Source: a virus. Taken from it: a DNA stretch of 64,000 nt. Positions 16,671 through 28,300 of the stretch are shown piece by piece (within the stretch, counting starts at the first letter, position 1; the number at the start of each line of letters is the position of its first letter). A program made the translations under genes and the position numbers. The stretch covers positions 289,026-353,025 of the IMG/VR virus record IMGVR_UViG_3300031992_000005. One strand, 5' to 3'. A model generated the notes under the pieces. It had not been told where the DNA came from. It ran no database searches and saw only the letters and a program-made list of their open reading frames with translations.

Positions 16671-18364
16671 TGAAAACAATTCAAGATTACATAGACCGTT
16701 ATAGCACTGTAGCAAAAAACCTTGGATATAAAGGAGATGGAGTAGATGTATTAATACAGTTATTGGCAAATGCATCTTATATCAGTGAAGTAGAAAATAT
16801 ATCCTATGTAACGGAAGCTTCATTGGAGAAAGCCACTCTCCTTAATTCAAAGATTCAGCATTGTGTAGATAACATGTATTCCGTATTTAGAGGTTCTTGT
16901 CCGAGAGTGGTTCTGAACATTAAGCCTACTAAATATATAGCCTTAAATCCATACGATCTCATCATTTCCTCTAATAACTTCAATGTATATTATCTTGGTT
17001 ATTTTACTGAAAAGCCAGATGAAGATAAAGAAGAAACTCCTGGACAAGGTGAAGAGACGGATAAAGGAGTTATCAACGAAATTACAGATACGAGTGGAAA
17101 TGTCATTGATATAACTAATGGAACTGAGACTACTCCAGATGAAGGAGAGGATGAGGAAGGAGATGATAGCAGTACTACTTCAGATATCTCTGGTGTTTGG
17201 GTTTATAATAGAACATTCTACTGCGATCCTGCACTAACAGATAAAGATACTCAGGTTATTATAGGTTTTATAGCTCCAAAAAGAACAGGAGAGAACTTAA
17301 CAATAGATACAACAATAGGTGAAACAAATACCTATTATGTAGATTGTCCTGTAAATAACCTAAGTGATGATATGTATATTAAAATAGGTAATGAGATAGT
17401 ACCTAGGACAAGAATTTTTGCAGAACATATTCTAAATACTGGTGGAAAGAAAAGAATTTTTGATCTAACTCTACCATCATTTGGTTCAAGATTATATCTT
17501 GCAAATTTCTACAAAGATGCTCAAGGAAGAGATAGTAGAGCAGTAGAAGGTATTGATACGAATACAAAAGTATTTGCTCAATACTTTGGATATTCTACTC
17601 TGGATGAATATAATGAACCAGAACTGAAAAGAATTCAATTACGTGGTGCAGAATTAATGCCATTCAGTGAGGAATTCTTGAGAGCAAATTGTTTAACTCA
17701 ATTAAATACTGGAATTTGTTATATAGATGCTACTCCAAGAGATGGATTAAACACTATTCATTACAAGGCTAACAGAGATAGATATGTAAGTAGCATTATT
17801 AGAAGTAACTCTGATATTGGTGTTGTCCTAGAAGAATGCTACCCAGAAATTGTAAGAACAGGAGGTACAAATTATCTATTTGTTGCTAGTAGTGCAGAAT
17901 CTAGAAATAGCTCAGTTACTATATTTTATATACCAAAGGTTGATGAAATATACTTAACTTCTGATCAAATTAGAAAATTTGCTGAAGATTACAGAGCATA
18001 CTACATTATCACTAGTACTATTACAGTAACACCTGGAGAGAAATACTATGCCTATTTCAATATAGACCTAGAACTATTCCAATCACTAAGTTCTGATAAT
18101 TTTGATCAAACTATTGGAGAAGATATCTTAAAAGTTTCTTACGGAGAGAAATTTAATGTTAAGTTCGATGAAAGTACTTTAAAAGAGATAGAGTCTTTAA
18201 TCAGTAAACTATCTAATGTTAAAAAAATATCTAGCCTATCTGTTACATTTACTGATAGTAGTGGTAGAACAGCAGATGTGTCCAGTCTTGATCCAGGTAG
18301 AATATATTATATTATAAAATATTCGATCAGAACCACTGTATCTCAAACTATAAATAATATATGA
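16670..18364 (+). CDS. Baseplate J / gp6-like wedge protein
   Basis: 564 aa in the canonical position after the gp25-like gene. The N-terminal region fits J-like proteins loosely. Contains an acidic low-complexity insert (EKPDEDKEETPGQGEETDKG...DEGEDEEGDDSS). Confidence 0.5.
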   Translation: MKTIQDYIDRYSTVAKNLGYKGDGVDVLIQLLANASYISEVENISYVTEASLEKATLLNSKIQHCVDNMYSVFRGSCPRVVLNIKPTKYIALNPYDLIISSNNFNVYYLGYFTEKPDEDKEETPGQGEETDKGVINEITDTSGNVIDITNGTETTPDEGEDEEGDDSSTTSDISGVWVYNRTFYCDPALTDKDTQVIIGFIAPKRTGENLTIDTTIGETNTYYVDCPVNNLSDDMYIKIGNEIVPRTRIFAEHILNTGGKKRIFDLTLPSFGSRLYLANFYKDAQGRDSRAVEGIDTNTKVFAQYFGYSTLDEYNEPELKRIQLRGAELMPFSEEFLRANCLTQLNTGICYIDATPRDGLNTIHYKANRDRYVSSIIRSNSDIGVVLEECYPEIVRTGGTNYLFVASSAESRNSSVTIFYIPKVDEIYLTSDQIRKFAEDYRAYYIITSTITVTPGEKYYAYFNIDLELFQSLSSDNFDQTIGEDILKVSYGEKFNVKFDESTLKEIESLISKLSNVKKISSLSVTFTDSSGRTADVSSLDPGRIYYIIKYSIRTTVSQTINNI

Positions 18365-18987
18365 ACATATTTATCCCGAAATATTTAAGAGAGCGAGTAA
18401 AAATAATAGACCAGCTCTATAATATGATTAGGGCATATTATGAAGAATATTCTCAAACAAAAGAGGAAGATAGTTTTGATCAATTTAGATTCAGTCGAAG
18501 AAATGACTACGTAGTTAGATTTCTGGATTATGTAATTCCAACAAAATACATAACAACTGAAGTTAATGGAGAAACTATAACAGTAGAAGATAAGACTACT
18601 AGAGAAACAGCTCTAAATTATCTCAGCAAGTTATTTTATAGTGTAAAGGGAACTTATAAAGTATTAGATTATCTTATTGACTATAATATCTTAAATGCTG
18701 ATGAAAATTGGTGGAATCTGAATAGCCTCAATAACAATAAAGTAGATATTTCCTATACGGCCAGAAGTATTGACATTAAAGTCGATAAATTACCTGACGG
18801 ATTAGATAGAGAATTATACTGTGATTACTTAGAGAAATTCTTATGTGCTCTCTTATATTTTGAATTTCTAACGATAAACATTGGCAAGATGAGTACCTCC
18901 ATGTCAGAAAAAACAGAAGTTTATCTTAATAGAGGACAATCATTTTATCAAGCCTTTGAAATAAATGCAGAGGAGGTAGAATTATGA
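18361..18987 (+). CDS. Baseplate/tail protein (P2 gpI / Mu gp48 position)
   Basis: 208 aa with ATGA overlaps on both sides. Positional call only. Confidence 0.35.
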   Translation: MNIFIPKYLRERVKIIDQLYNMIRAYYEEYSQTKEEDSFDQFRFSRRNDYVVRFLDYVIPTKYITTEVNGETITVEDKTTRETALNYLSKLFYSVKGTYKVLDYLIDYNILNADENWWNLNSLNNNKVDISYTARSIDIKVDKLPDGLDRELYCDYLEKFLCALLYFEFLTINIGKMSTSMSEKTEVYLNRGQSFYQAFEINAEEVEL

Positions 18988-20831
18988 GAATAACCTATCC
19001 AGGAGCAACAAATAATATTCCTCGATTTACTACGTTAGATAAAGTAATTCTATCTGGAGGAGAAGGCTTAGATAACTTAACTTTATACTACGGAAGTGAT
19101 ACTAGCCTCTTAGACTTAGATGACTTCAATGAATATGGTTGGGAATTCTTAGTAAAGAAATATAGATATAACTCTTTCTGTCCACTAGGTCTTTTAACTA
19201 CTCATGACAAAAAAGAGGTCGTAGGTTATAAGTCAACCGATATAGAAAACGTTAGTAAATGCTTTTTCCCATCTTTAGTAGAAGAGGAAGATACAACAGA
19301 GGGGGATCTTATTCAGTATTTTGGAACATTATCAGTGGGAAGACAAAAACTCACTATGATAAGAATTCCTCCAGGATACTCTAATGCTGACATTCAGGAT
19401 ACAACTGATGAAAATCCTAGTAAGATAAACATTGAGTTTGAGGATAATGAGATCAAGTATTATAAAATAATCTGGTTTATCCTGACCCCAGGTGAAAAAA
19501 ATAGATTAGTTGATATTAACCTATCCTATATCTCCTGGGAAATTAGCAATAATCCTTTCAGAAATCAAGATAAGTATCTTCTTAGAGAAGAAGACAAGTT
19601 TGATATTGTTCATAACATAGATGTTGTAGAGAATATTGGAACAGTTTCTAACCCTCATTGGTTAGACCAAAGCTCAGGTACTATAATAGGTAACAGAAAT
19701 ACCAGCTCTCACCCACTTTTAGATTTAATTTGTAATTATTATAGGAATAATACTGATTGGGACGAGAACGTTTCTTATAAACGAGGCCAAGTTTGTTCGT
19801 ATAACAATAATACCTGGATATCCTTAGAAAACAATAATAGGGGAAATAATCCCATCTTCAGTAACTTATGGTCATTAGAGAGCTTATTCTCCAAGGATTT
19901 TACAATATCTAGAGCAGTAGTTACTACTAGACTGGAAGTGGATAATGAAACCGTTGATTATGGAGAAGTTACACCTACTATCCTAATTGCTACAACTTCT
20001 ATAGAAGAGTATGAGCTGACTATATACTGTAGAAATGGATACGTGCCCTCTACTATAGAGAACGATCAAACAAAGGAGGTGATTGATCTCACTGGAGGTG
20101 ATCCTGATGGTACCTCTATGTATTATTGGGATGCTTATACATCAGGGAATGGATTTTGTAAAGTTATTATTCCTACATCTTTTGTTGAACATGCAGAGGA
20201 AATTATAATAACTTATAAACAATTTGTAGCTGAATGTTTATCCTTCTATGAGAATACCAATACCAACACTACTACAGTTAGAGGATATGATATTTTCCAT
20301 ATTGGGGACATAGTCACTTTAAATTTCAACCTGGATTCTGGGAAAATTATAAAGGATATCCTAGTTGAGTGTACGGTAAATCAGAATGTAATAAAAACAG
20401 AAGTATTGCCAGTACCCGATGAATCCTCTGATGAACCAAATAAATATACCTTAACAGACTTTGAGATTAAATATCCAGCAATTTATCGCATTACTTGTAG
20501 ATATATTGAGTCTGAATATTATACATTTAAGGTTCTTGAACATGAGGGATTCTTTGTAGATAGTATGACAAAGAAGACGCCTATTAATAATGTAGAAGTA
20601 GTTACGTTTAGTTTCTATCCAGAGGATGGTAGGTTTAGTAACTTTACTATAAACATTAAAGAGGGAGATACGCCTTATGTTAATTGGCCAGTCGACAATG
20701 AACCTAATCCTGGTAGTGTACTCATTGATGACACAATTTCTCTGAAATATATAAAAGATAAATGTTTCCAATTAATCTTTGGAGAACCGTCAAATAATTA
20801 TACTATAACATTCAATAAAAATGATAATTAA
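18984..20831 (+). CDS. Tail fibre / receptor-binding protein with CBM5/12-like motif
   Basis: 615 aa, first gene after the baseplate wedge genes. The segment DWDENVSYKRGQVCSYNNNTWISLENNNRGNNPIFSNLWSL (nt ~19750-19880) matches the W..Y..GD.V.Y.G..W......G..P....W carbohydrate-binding pattern. A GGAGG Shine-Dalgarno lies upstream. Confidence 0.5.
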   Translation: MRITYPGATNNIPRFTTLDKVILSGGEGLDNLTLYYGSDTSLLDLDDFNEYGWEFLVKKYRYNSFCPLGLLTTHDKKEVVGYKSTDIENVSKCFFPSLVEEEDTTEGDLIQYFGTLSVGRQKLTMIRIPPGYSNADIQDTTDENPSKINIEFEDNEIKYYKIIWFILTPGEKNRLVDINLSYISWEISNNPFRNQDKYLLREEDKFDIVHNIDVVENIGTVSNPHWLDQSSGTIIGNRNTSSHPLLDLICNYYRNNTDWDENVSYKRGQVCSYNNNTWISLENNNRGNNPIFSNLWSLESLFSKDFTISRAVVTTRLEVDNETVDYGEVTPTILIATTSIEEYELTIYCRNGYVPSTIENDQTKEVIDLTGGDPDGTSMYYWDAYTSGNGFCKVIIPTSFVEHAEEIIITYKQFVAECLSFYENTNTNTTTVRGYDIFHIGDIVTLNFNLDSGKIIKDILVECTVNQNVIKTEVLPVPDESSDEPNKYTLTDFEIKYPAIYRITCRYIESEYYTFKVLEHEGFFVDSMTKKTPINNVEVVTFSFYPEDGRFSNFTINIKEGDTPYVNWPVDNEPNPGSVLIDDTISLKYIKDKCFQLIFGEPSNNYTITFNKNDN

Positions 20832-22599
20832 TGACAAGAGTAATAAGGGATTTTACCTTTACTCTGATGAAGTACAATTTGAGAAAGGAGATTTTGTAGT
20901 ATATGATGGGATTATATACATGCCCAAAGCTAATGTGATGGGAAAAAATCCTGTTGACTACAATGAACTCTATGATATATACTTAGGAGAGAACATAGCT
21001 GACTTAGAAGGAAAAGACTTTGCATCCTATATAAAAGGTGCAGGTCCAGATAAATTAGTAACAGCATACTCCGTCGGTAAGATATTAAATTCCTTTATAA
21101 CAGGTTTTGATGAAAAAGGAATCATAAATAATGAAATTACTGCAGATTCAGTTACTCACCTAAGAGATTATTTCGGAGAAGAGACCACTTTGCTGGCAAG
21201 AACTAATCCACTGGATGCTGTAATGGCTGCCCCAGAACTAAATAACTGCATCTTTAAAGTAGATAGACGTGTAGTTCAAGATTTGTTTGGGACATCACAA
21301 TTACAATTCACTAGTAGCTATATTCTTCTTAAGCAGTACACTTACATGGATAGAGAAGCTTCTCCTACTGGTCCCGCCGAATATATCCGAGTACAAGAAC
21401 TAGTAGATGAGGAAACAGGTCTTACTAAATGGAGATATTCAACAAGTTCGAATAACTACGATTCAAGTATAGACTGGAACAGTGTTAATGCTAATGAGAA
21501 AGTCCTAGAGACAATCGATGAAATTATTAACTATTATCGTAATAAGCTAATCTCTTTTGAGAAGGAAAAAGCTGCAATGAAGAGTAATTTCAGATTTGTG
21601 GAAGTTCCTTTTGAATATGATAATGCTAATGGTATACTTAATGTTGATCATAAAGCTTTTCCAGGACTATACAATAAAACTTTTACTGGAATTGCAGAAA
21701 ATTACCCAATAACCATTGCAGTCAGTTGTTCTGTTCGAGAGTCTGCAGTAAGAGAAATGGCATCACTTACTGTTAACCTTGGGAGAATTATTCAGATGGG
21801 AATAGAAAGTACTGAGACCTATAAATTAACTAATACTTGTAGTTTAAGAATTACCTATAAGAGTTCAGTTATTGAATTTGCTTCAATTGGAGATTGTAGA
21901 GTTGAAAATATATATGCTAGAGGCTATGTAGAAAGTTCTTTAAATGCTACGAATAGTAATTCAATACAGATCAACTTAACTTGCTACGACACTGAAGAGG
22001 GTCAAAATACCTCTAACAGTTTAATGGGGCATACCTTTTTAATCCCTCTAGACTATGGTTCACTAGGTTTGGATGAAGATATCATAAGAAGTGGTACTTT
22101 GATATTCAAAGGAAGATTAAAGTATTTTAATGATTACTTTAATGATACCGGTTGGGGTGGAGTGGTTCAAACTTTCCAACTGTCAATACCAATATCTGAT
22201 ATATTTAGAGTCCCAGACGAGGCTACTTCGAATAGCCCATATATTCCAAACTCCGCCGATGGTAGTTTATCTGATGGAAATATGACTTGGGTATCTATGA
22301 TAAATGGAGGTAATAGATTTAATGCTATGGTATTTATTAGTAAAAGCCATGAAGATTCTAGATACGACCAATACTTAAAGGATGATGATACTGAATATAT
22401 TTGTATAATACCTACTAAGTATAATCCATATGAACCTACTGATATAACTACTGCAGGTGATTATAGAGTTATACCAGGAGGATTTCAGATACCTGCAAAT
22501 GCTAGTGACGTTAATTTGGCGCTAGAACGTGCAAATACAGAAAGAAGAACCATGACTTGTGAAATAAGTACAGATCAAGTATATTGTTTACTATCATGA
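20821..22599 (+). CDS. Tail fibre-like structural protein
   Basis: 592 aa. The N-terminus FEKGDFVVYDGIIYMPKANVMGKNPVDYNELY is a second CBM5/12-like short motif. Lies within the fibre operon. Confidence 0.45.
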   Translation: MIINDKSNKGFYLYSDEVQFEKGDFVVYDGIIYMPKANVMGKNPVDYNELYDIYLGENIADLEGKDFASYIKGAGPDKLVTAYSVGKILNSFITGFDEKGIINNEITADSVTHLRDYFGEETTLLARTNPLDAVMAAPELNNCIFKVDRRVVQDLFGTSQLQFTSSYILLKQYTYMDREASPTGPAEYIRVQELVDEETGLTKWRYSTSSNNYDSSIDWNSVNANEKVLETIDEIINYYRNKLISFEKEKAAMKSNFRFVEVPFEYDNANGILNVDHKAFPGLYNKTFTGIAENYPITIAVSCSVRESAVREMASLTVNLGRIIQMGIESTETYKLTNTCSLRITYKSSVIEFASIGDCRVENIYARGYVESSLNATNSNSIQINLTCYDTEEGQNTSNSLMGHTFLIPLDYGSLGLDEDIIRSGTLIFKGRLKYFNDYFNDTGWGGVVQTFQLSIPISDIFRVPDEATSNSPYIPNSADGSLSDGNMTWVSMINGGNRFNAMVFISKSHEDSRYDQYLKDDDTEYICIIPTKYNPYEPTDITTAGDYRVIPGGFQIPANASDVNLALERANTERRTMTCEISTDQVYCLLS

Positions 22600-23450
22600 C
22601 AAAAAGACTTACAATAATATCTCAGGGCAAGAAGGATAGTGGCTTATACATTAATAATGGAAATATTTCTTATATTTCAGATAATAAAGTAGTTACCCTC
22701 AATAACTACCCAAGTAATGAAAAGCCACTCTTCTTATCCGAACTTTCTAAGAGACTAAAATATAGAAATTGGTGTATGCCAGAAACAAAGGCTGTAGGTC
22801 GAATCTTATCTCCGGCCACAAATGGAGGTGGAGGAAACGGAAGACGTCCATTTATGAAAATTACCTATGTATTATCTATAATAAAAAATGGACTTTCTTA
22901 CAATAAACTGGACACTACCAATAATGTAAAGAACCTCTCTTGGAACGAAGAGGAAGAGGAAATATTGAAAACACCAATAACAGACCTCTCAGAAGAATTT
23001 AGCTCAGGTGAAGAGCTAAAAAAATTATTAGAACTACAAAAAACTGTTCAGGAAATGAAAGAAACTGATGGTAAAACCTTCTATAATTCCTCTAAGATTA
23101 TAGTAGACTTTCTTAGTAAATCCATTTCTATTGACCTGATGACAGACGATTCATATACAAATACAGTAAGCCTAGTCCCTATTATAGAATACCAAAAGAC
23201 TCCAGGTCTTACTGCAAAGGCAGATCTTAGCATAAAATACTCAAAGGGAAATGAAACATGTGCTAGTGACCTGACATTTGAGGCATTTAGATATATTGGC
23301 TCAACACTTAGTACAAAAAATTATGTTAGAGATATAAACTCTGAAGTACTGGTTGAGTATTTAGATGGAGTAATTAGGGTTATTCCAAAGTCCTCACAAA
23401 TAAATGAATGTATTATTAGTAACTGTGTTGTAACATATGGCTGTCTCTAA
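22584..23450 (+). CDS. Structural-module protein, unknown function
   Basis: 288-aa ORF. A more likely start is the ATG at 22596 (MTKRLT), which forms an ATGA overlap with the upstream stop. Confidence 0.45.
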   Translation: MFTIMTKRLTIISQGKKDSGLYINNGNISYISDNKVVTLNNYPSNEKPLFLSELSKRLKYRNWCMPETKAVGRILSPATNGGGGNGRRPFMKITYVLSIIKNGLSYNKLDTTNNVKNLSWNEEEEEILKTPITDLSEEFSSGEELKKLLELQKTVQEMKETDGKTFYNSSKIIVDFLSKSISIDLMTDDSYTNTVSLVPIIEYQKTPGLTAKADLSIKYSKGNETCASDLTFEAFRYIGSTLSTKNYVRDINSEVLVEYLDGVIRVIPKSSQINECIISNCVVTYGCL

Positions 23451-25368
23451 AGTAACTGAACTTCTAGGTACTAAGAGTCTCAGTAGTAGCGATAGGCTTT
23501 TTGTCTATAATTCAAAGGCATTTACTAATGAAGCTATCGTAGCTGCACTTGGTTTTAGTGAGAGTATAGGAAAATTACTTTCCGAGGCTCCTACAACTAG
23601 TACAATAGATGACTTCTATGTTCTTCTAGAAGCTACTGGTGCATTTGAGACTCTAGAAAAAGAAGAAACTCCTGAAGGAGATTCTACAACTCCATCTCCC
23701 CTGTCATTTATATATAGAAATAATCCTCTTAGTGTAGTCAGTGGCTACGGATTTGATACTATTATCTACTTAAGAGGTCAACAAATTATTGGATTTACAG
23801 TTCTCCTAAACCCTGTTGGAGCAACTATAACAACTAAAGGACAATCTTATTACTCACTTAGTAAAGATTACACCATAGATGAGGTTCATATAACAATATC
23901 TACTGATAAAAACAATGATATTGTAGAAATTGACTCTGAAAAACTTGTATTATATCATAAAGTAGAAAGCCAGGCTAGAATAACTAAACCCACTGGTTAT
24001 GTTACTGACCCAACGTACGAAACTAGGAGAAGTAATTATAGAATTGGAGTAAATTCACTACTGAAAAGTACTTCGCCCCTAGAAGTATTTACTGATGCTA
24101 GTATGTTAAGGCATGATAAAAATGAATTTACTTTATCAAAACTAGAGATTATTCGTGGGATAACTCTAGATGAAATGTATGAAGATTTTGTTAATAAGCA
24201 AGTTGGTTTATATAAAGGAGATATAGTATTGTATCTTTGGGAAAATAAAACTTCGACTAATAACAAAATAAACTACACGATACTATCCCTTACTAAATCA
24301 ATGGGGGAATTATCTGAAAATACTGCTTTAGATAATTCACCTATTACCTATACTTCTAGCCTAAAAGATCTGACCACTGGAAAGTATGTATCTACCGACT
24401 GTATGTGTACTCTCCCTGAATTTGACTCCGAAGATCCTATCAAAAGATTAGTTGAATTCCAGGGACCTTATGCTAAAGTAGAATTAACCTCTGGAGAAAC
24501 TAGGATTTTTGATATAACAAAACAAGGTTCTCCTAAGTATAGTGGTTTTAATTACGACAGAGGTTGGGTAATAAAAGAAAAAACTTTTACGGGTAGAATT
24601 ATAACAGTTAGTTGGAATGATGTAGACAAAATCTGGGAAGATAGTAGTGATGCAGTAACTGGCAATTATTATGAAAATGTTGACTTAATTCCAGGTACAG
24701 CAACTTCTAGAATAAAAGAGTATAATGTAACTTTTTTAACAGACTTTGTCTTAGACAATAAAGGAAAGTTAATTAAAAACACTTCTTGGCAGTCAATGGA
24801 TAAAGCAAGAGAAGATTTTCCTCAATTAACAAATTCCTATGCAGATCTAACAATCGCCTTAGGTAAGCACGAAGGTTCCAGGATCGTGCAAAGAATAGGC
24901 GATTGGATAAAAGTATATTTCTCTGATAATAAAACTTACCTATATACAAATATGAGAACTTGTGTTTTGGTTGGTAAGGAAGAAATAGAACCTATTGTCA
25001 TCAATAGCAGTTCTTTAATGACTGTAGAGACATTAGATAGAGAAACTTATACATATACCCTTTGTAGAAATAAAGGAAATTTTATAACAAAAAACTTAGC
25101 AAAAAGATTATTCGGGTGGTCTAGTGAATCAAATATAACAATGAATAGTGACTTTATTCACGGCACCTGGGAAATAATCAAACATGAAGACCTAATATTT
25201 ACCATGAACACTGGTAATGTTTCAGATTCCCCATTTATCTTAGGGAAAGGGTTTTTAAATAGATATCGACGAAACGTTATTCCAAGATCTCTAGAAAACT
25301 TAAAGATAATAGGAGCAGTTGAAGGTCTTATTTTTTATGAACAAGAAAATATAGTTAATCTCTTATGA
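23437..25368 (+). CDS. Structural-module protein, unknown function
   Basis: 643-aa ORF in an unbroken co-directional operon. No motif recognised. Confidence 0.45.
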   Translation: MAVSKVTELLGTKSLSSSDRLFVYNSKAFTNEAIVAALGFSESIGKLLSEAPTTSTIDDFYVLLEATGAFETLEKEETPEGDSTTPSPLSFIYRNNPLSVVSGYGFDTIIYLRGQQIIGFTVLLNPVGATITTKGQSYYSLSKDYTIDEVHITISTDKNNDIVEIDSEKLVLYHKVESQARITKPTGYVTDPTYETRRSNYRIGVNSLLKSTSPLEVFTDASMLRHDKNEFTLSKLEIIRGITLDEMYEDFVNKQVGLYKGDIVLYLWENKTSTNNKINYTILSLTKSMGELSENTALDNSPITYTSSLKDLTTGKYVSTDCMCTLPEFDSEDPIKRLVEFQGPYAKVELTSGETRIFDITKQGSPKYSGFNYDRGWVIKEKTFTGRIITVSWNDVDKIWEDSSDAVTGNYYENVDLIPGTATSRIKEYNVTFLTDFVLDNKGKLIKNTSWQSMDKAREDFPQLTNSYADLTIALGKHEGSRIVQRIGDWIKVYFSDNKTYLYTNMRTCVLVGKEEIEPIVINSSSLMTVETLDRETYTYTLCRNKGNFITKNLAKRLFGWSSESNITMNSDFIHGTWEIIKHEDLIFTMNTGNVSDSPFILGKGFLNRYRRNVIPRSLENLKIIGAVEGLIFYEQENIVNLL

Positions 25369-28300
25369 TAGTAGAATTTGAGAATAAATTTAAAGTTGAA
25401 TTAAAAACACCCGGAAATTCTTTTAAGCTCTGTACTTATCGTCTAGGGTCTGGTAATGACATCTCTAACTATTTTCAGTTTGAGTCCTTATGGGATCCAG
25501 ATACTAGGATTCTGAATATGGCTCTAGACTTAAGTTTCCTCAGAAAAGATTTAGTTACTGATATTGATAGAACCTCCGACCTAACTATAGCCGAAAGCTG
25601 TACATACATTGATGTCTATTATTCTGATTTAAATGATAATATCATTGGCCTAGCCTTTAAGTTAAAAGGGGATAATGAGAATGATCCACTAAACTTATGC
25701 TCATTTGAAGCAGGAAGAGAAATAACTGACCCTACTTTCTGGAGGAACATGAACTATATTAACCTAAGACTTCCAAAGGATACTAAGGCTAATATAGAGA
25801 CCCTTGAGATTAATGAGAATACTGATTTTCTGGAACAATTAACGTCAACTGAAGGAATCAATACCTTCCTCGTAGAAGGAAATAAAGAGAATGATACTAT
25901 ATTAACTAAGAACTCTTTTGCCAAACATGTTAGAAACACTATATCTAAAAATAACTTCTCCCCAATGTATTTAGACTATTTCGGAGAAAAAGTTCTAGAT
26001 ATAGAAACATTCAAATACTATAAAAAGATAGTAATTACATGTGTAGGTCCAGCAAAAGTAGAAACTCTTGAAAACGGTACAGTAACTTGTAGTGTTAATA
26101 ATAGATCTTCTGTTGCAATTAAGGGTTACTGTTTATTCGATAAGTACCAAGTCATCAATGATGAATATACTCTGATTGAAGAAAACTTGAGAGAAGATCT
26201 TAGTAAAACAACATTAGTTAGGTTAATCGGTGGAATAGAAACATCTGACAATGTTGGAATAGAAATAGATCAATCGGGGAAACAGATAAACATTGATGAT
26301 GTAGATGGAGTTAATTCCGAGATAAATATTGCAGCAAAACTTACCTTCACCAATAAGTTAGGGGAAGAGAAAGAGGAGATTACTATAGTTTCAAACATAG
26401 TACAGATTAATCTATTCTTCTCTTGGTATATCGAATATTTTACTTCATATACTCAAAAGGATGATTCAGGAACAAGTCATCCAGTAATACTGTTCGACAC
26501 CACAAAAGAAAATGCTGGCTGGACAGAAGGATATAGAAGTGACGCAGATGAAGAAAATACTCCAGGTACGATCTTAGTTTATTCTAGTAAAAGAATTCCA
26601 GAAACTGGCATTAACGTCACTGCGGATGAGGGTGGTAGCAAACAAGGTATATTCGAGAGTTACTTCAGTGTAGAAATCGAAGATAGAGGTTTTAGTGAAG
26701 AAGCCGACAAGTTCATCTATGCAATAAAAATAAAAACTAAGCTAGAGAATACGGAGGATATTTGGTGCCCAATTGACCCATCAACTAAAGAGTCTACTCT
26801 AATCTTAATGAATATCAATATTGGTGAGTCAATACAGGAAGGTGAAGTTTCTGCACAGTTCTATTGCGTTCAAAGAGTAATCTCTCCATTAACAATAGGT
26901 AGAGCTGAGGTTAAGATAAAAGAACAAGACAACAGTAGATCTTATACCTGGATAGAGAATGGAGTTACTGAACTAACTTTCGAGAGTGGTCTTGGCTTAA
27001 CTTCACTGGATGGTTTATTTGTTTGTAACCCTAAGATAGGATATGAGCTTTGGGAAGTTATTTTAGACGATGAAGCCACTAAGAATCTAATATCTTATAA
27101 CGTAAAGAATAATATTGAGACCTTTGGTGCAACACCTAAGGAAGATAACGAAATATTCTTCTATTCAAGAAGAAACTCCGAGCTTATTGAAAGAACATTA
27201 GGAACCATAACCTTTAAGAGAATTAATAACGAAACTAAAAGTTATGACAATAGCTATTGGCAGGATAGGATATACGGAGATGAATCTAACTGCGCAACGA
27301 TAACTTTAAAAAGAGACGCACTAGATTCTGACAGTCTTTGGAATGTTAGAAGTAGTACACCATACTCTTACTCTGATCCATTAGAAGGAGTTTCCAGACG
27401 ACTATATATTTTAAGTGATCAAGAAACTCAAAGTTTTACTATTGAGAGCTCTCAGAGTTTGCTCAATCACCTCAGTGTTACCCTATGTAATTATGTAGAA
27501 ACTCCTCCTGAAGGTTCTGGAATATATGCGGAAACATCTGAAGAACGAGAGGGGTTAGTAACAGAATTTAATAAATACTTTAGAGTAGGAGAAGCTAATA
27601 GTAATAACGGTAATGTAGGTATTAAATATTCTGCTGATACATTATCTGCCACTATTACATTAAAAGCTATTAACCAAGATGAATACGATTGGCAACCTAA
27701 ATGTAATAATGGAAAACCAATCCGAGTAAAAATATCCTACGGTTCAGAAGATGAATCTGATCCTCTTCTCGGAAGAGCTGAAACTTTCTATGCTATCGTT
27801 AGACCATCTTTTGCAGGAACAGATATAACATTCAGAGATACTAATTGGACTGATGAAGAGTATCCTATAATGGAAGAGTATACTTTCCCAGAAACTGGAG
27901 GAAATTTGCCAACCTATGTAGTAGCTCCAGTGGAAAGTGGAAGCGTCGGCGTATTTGATCATTGGATCGTTCTAAAGAAGGATCCCGAAATAACAGTCAA
28001 GTTCCAAGGAAAACCAGATGAAGGATCTGTTAACTACTCTTGCCTTCTTATAACAAAAGCACAACAGTCAATTTGGCCAGCACTTGGTTTACTAACAGAA
28101 ATTTCAACTAAATCTAAGTCAGAGGATTCACTTTCTAGAGATTTTGATGACTTAGTTATCAGAAGAGCTGCAGGTGATTATGATAACATAGTTGAGTTTT
28201 ATAGTGATTGGTTAAATCAAGTTTGTGATCATAGTAGCTCAAGACTCAAGTTAAGCCTTGGAGGAGCCGCTGAAAGTAAAACAGTAAAAGTATCCTATGA

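Noticed and set aside
4875-19000. Alternative reading of the baseplate module as a tailocin or extracellular contractile injection system rather than a phage
   Set aside because: The same contiguous, co-directional block carries a homing endonuclease, an endolysin-type amidase, holin-like genes, a nucleotide-metabolism gene and a very large fibre set. That fits a replicating phage better. It cannot be fully excluded because no capsid, terminase, sheath or tube genes fall inside this window.
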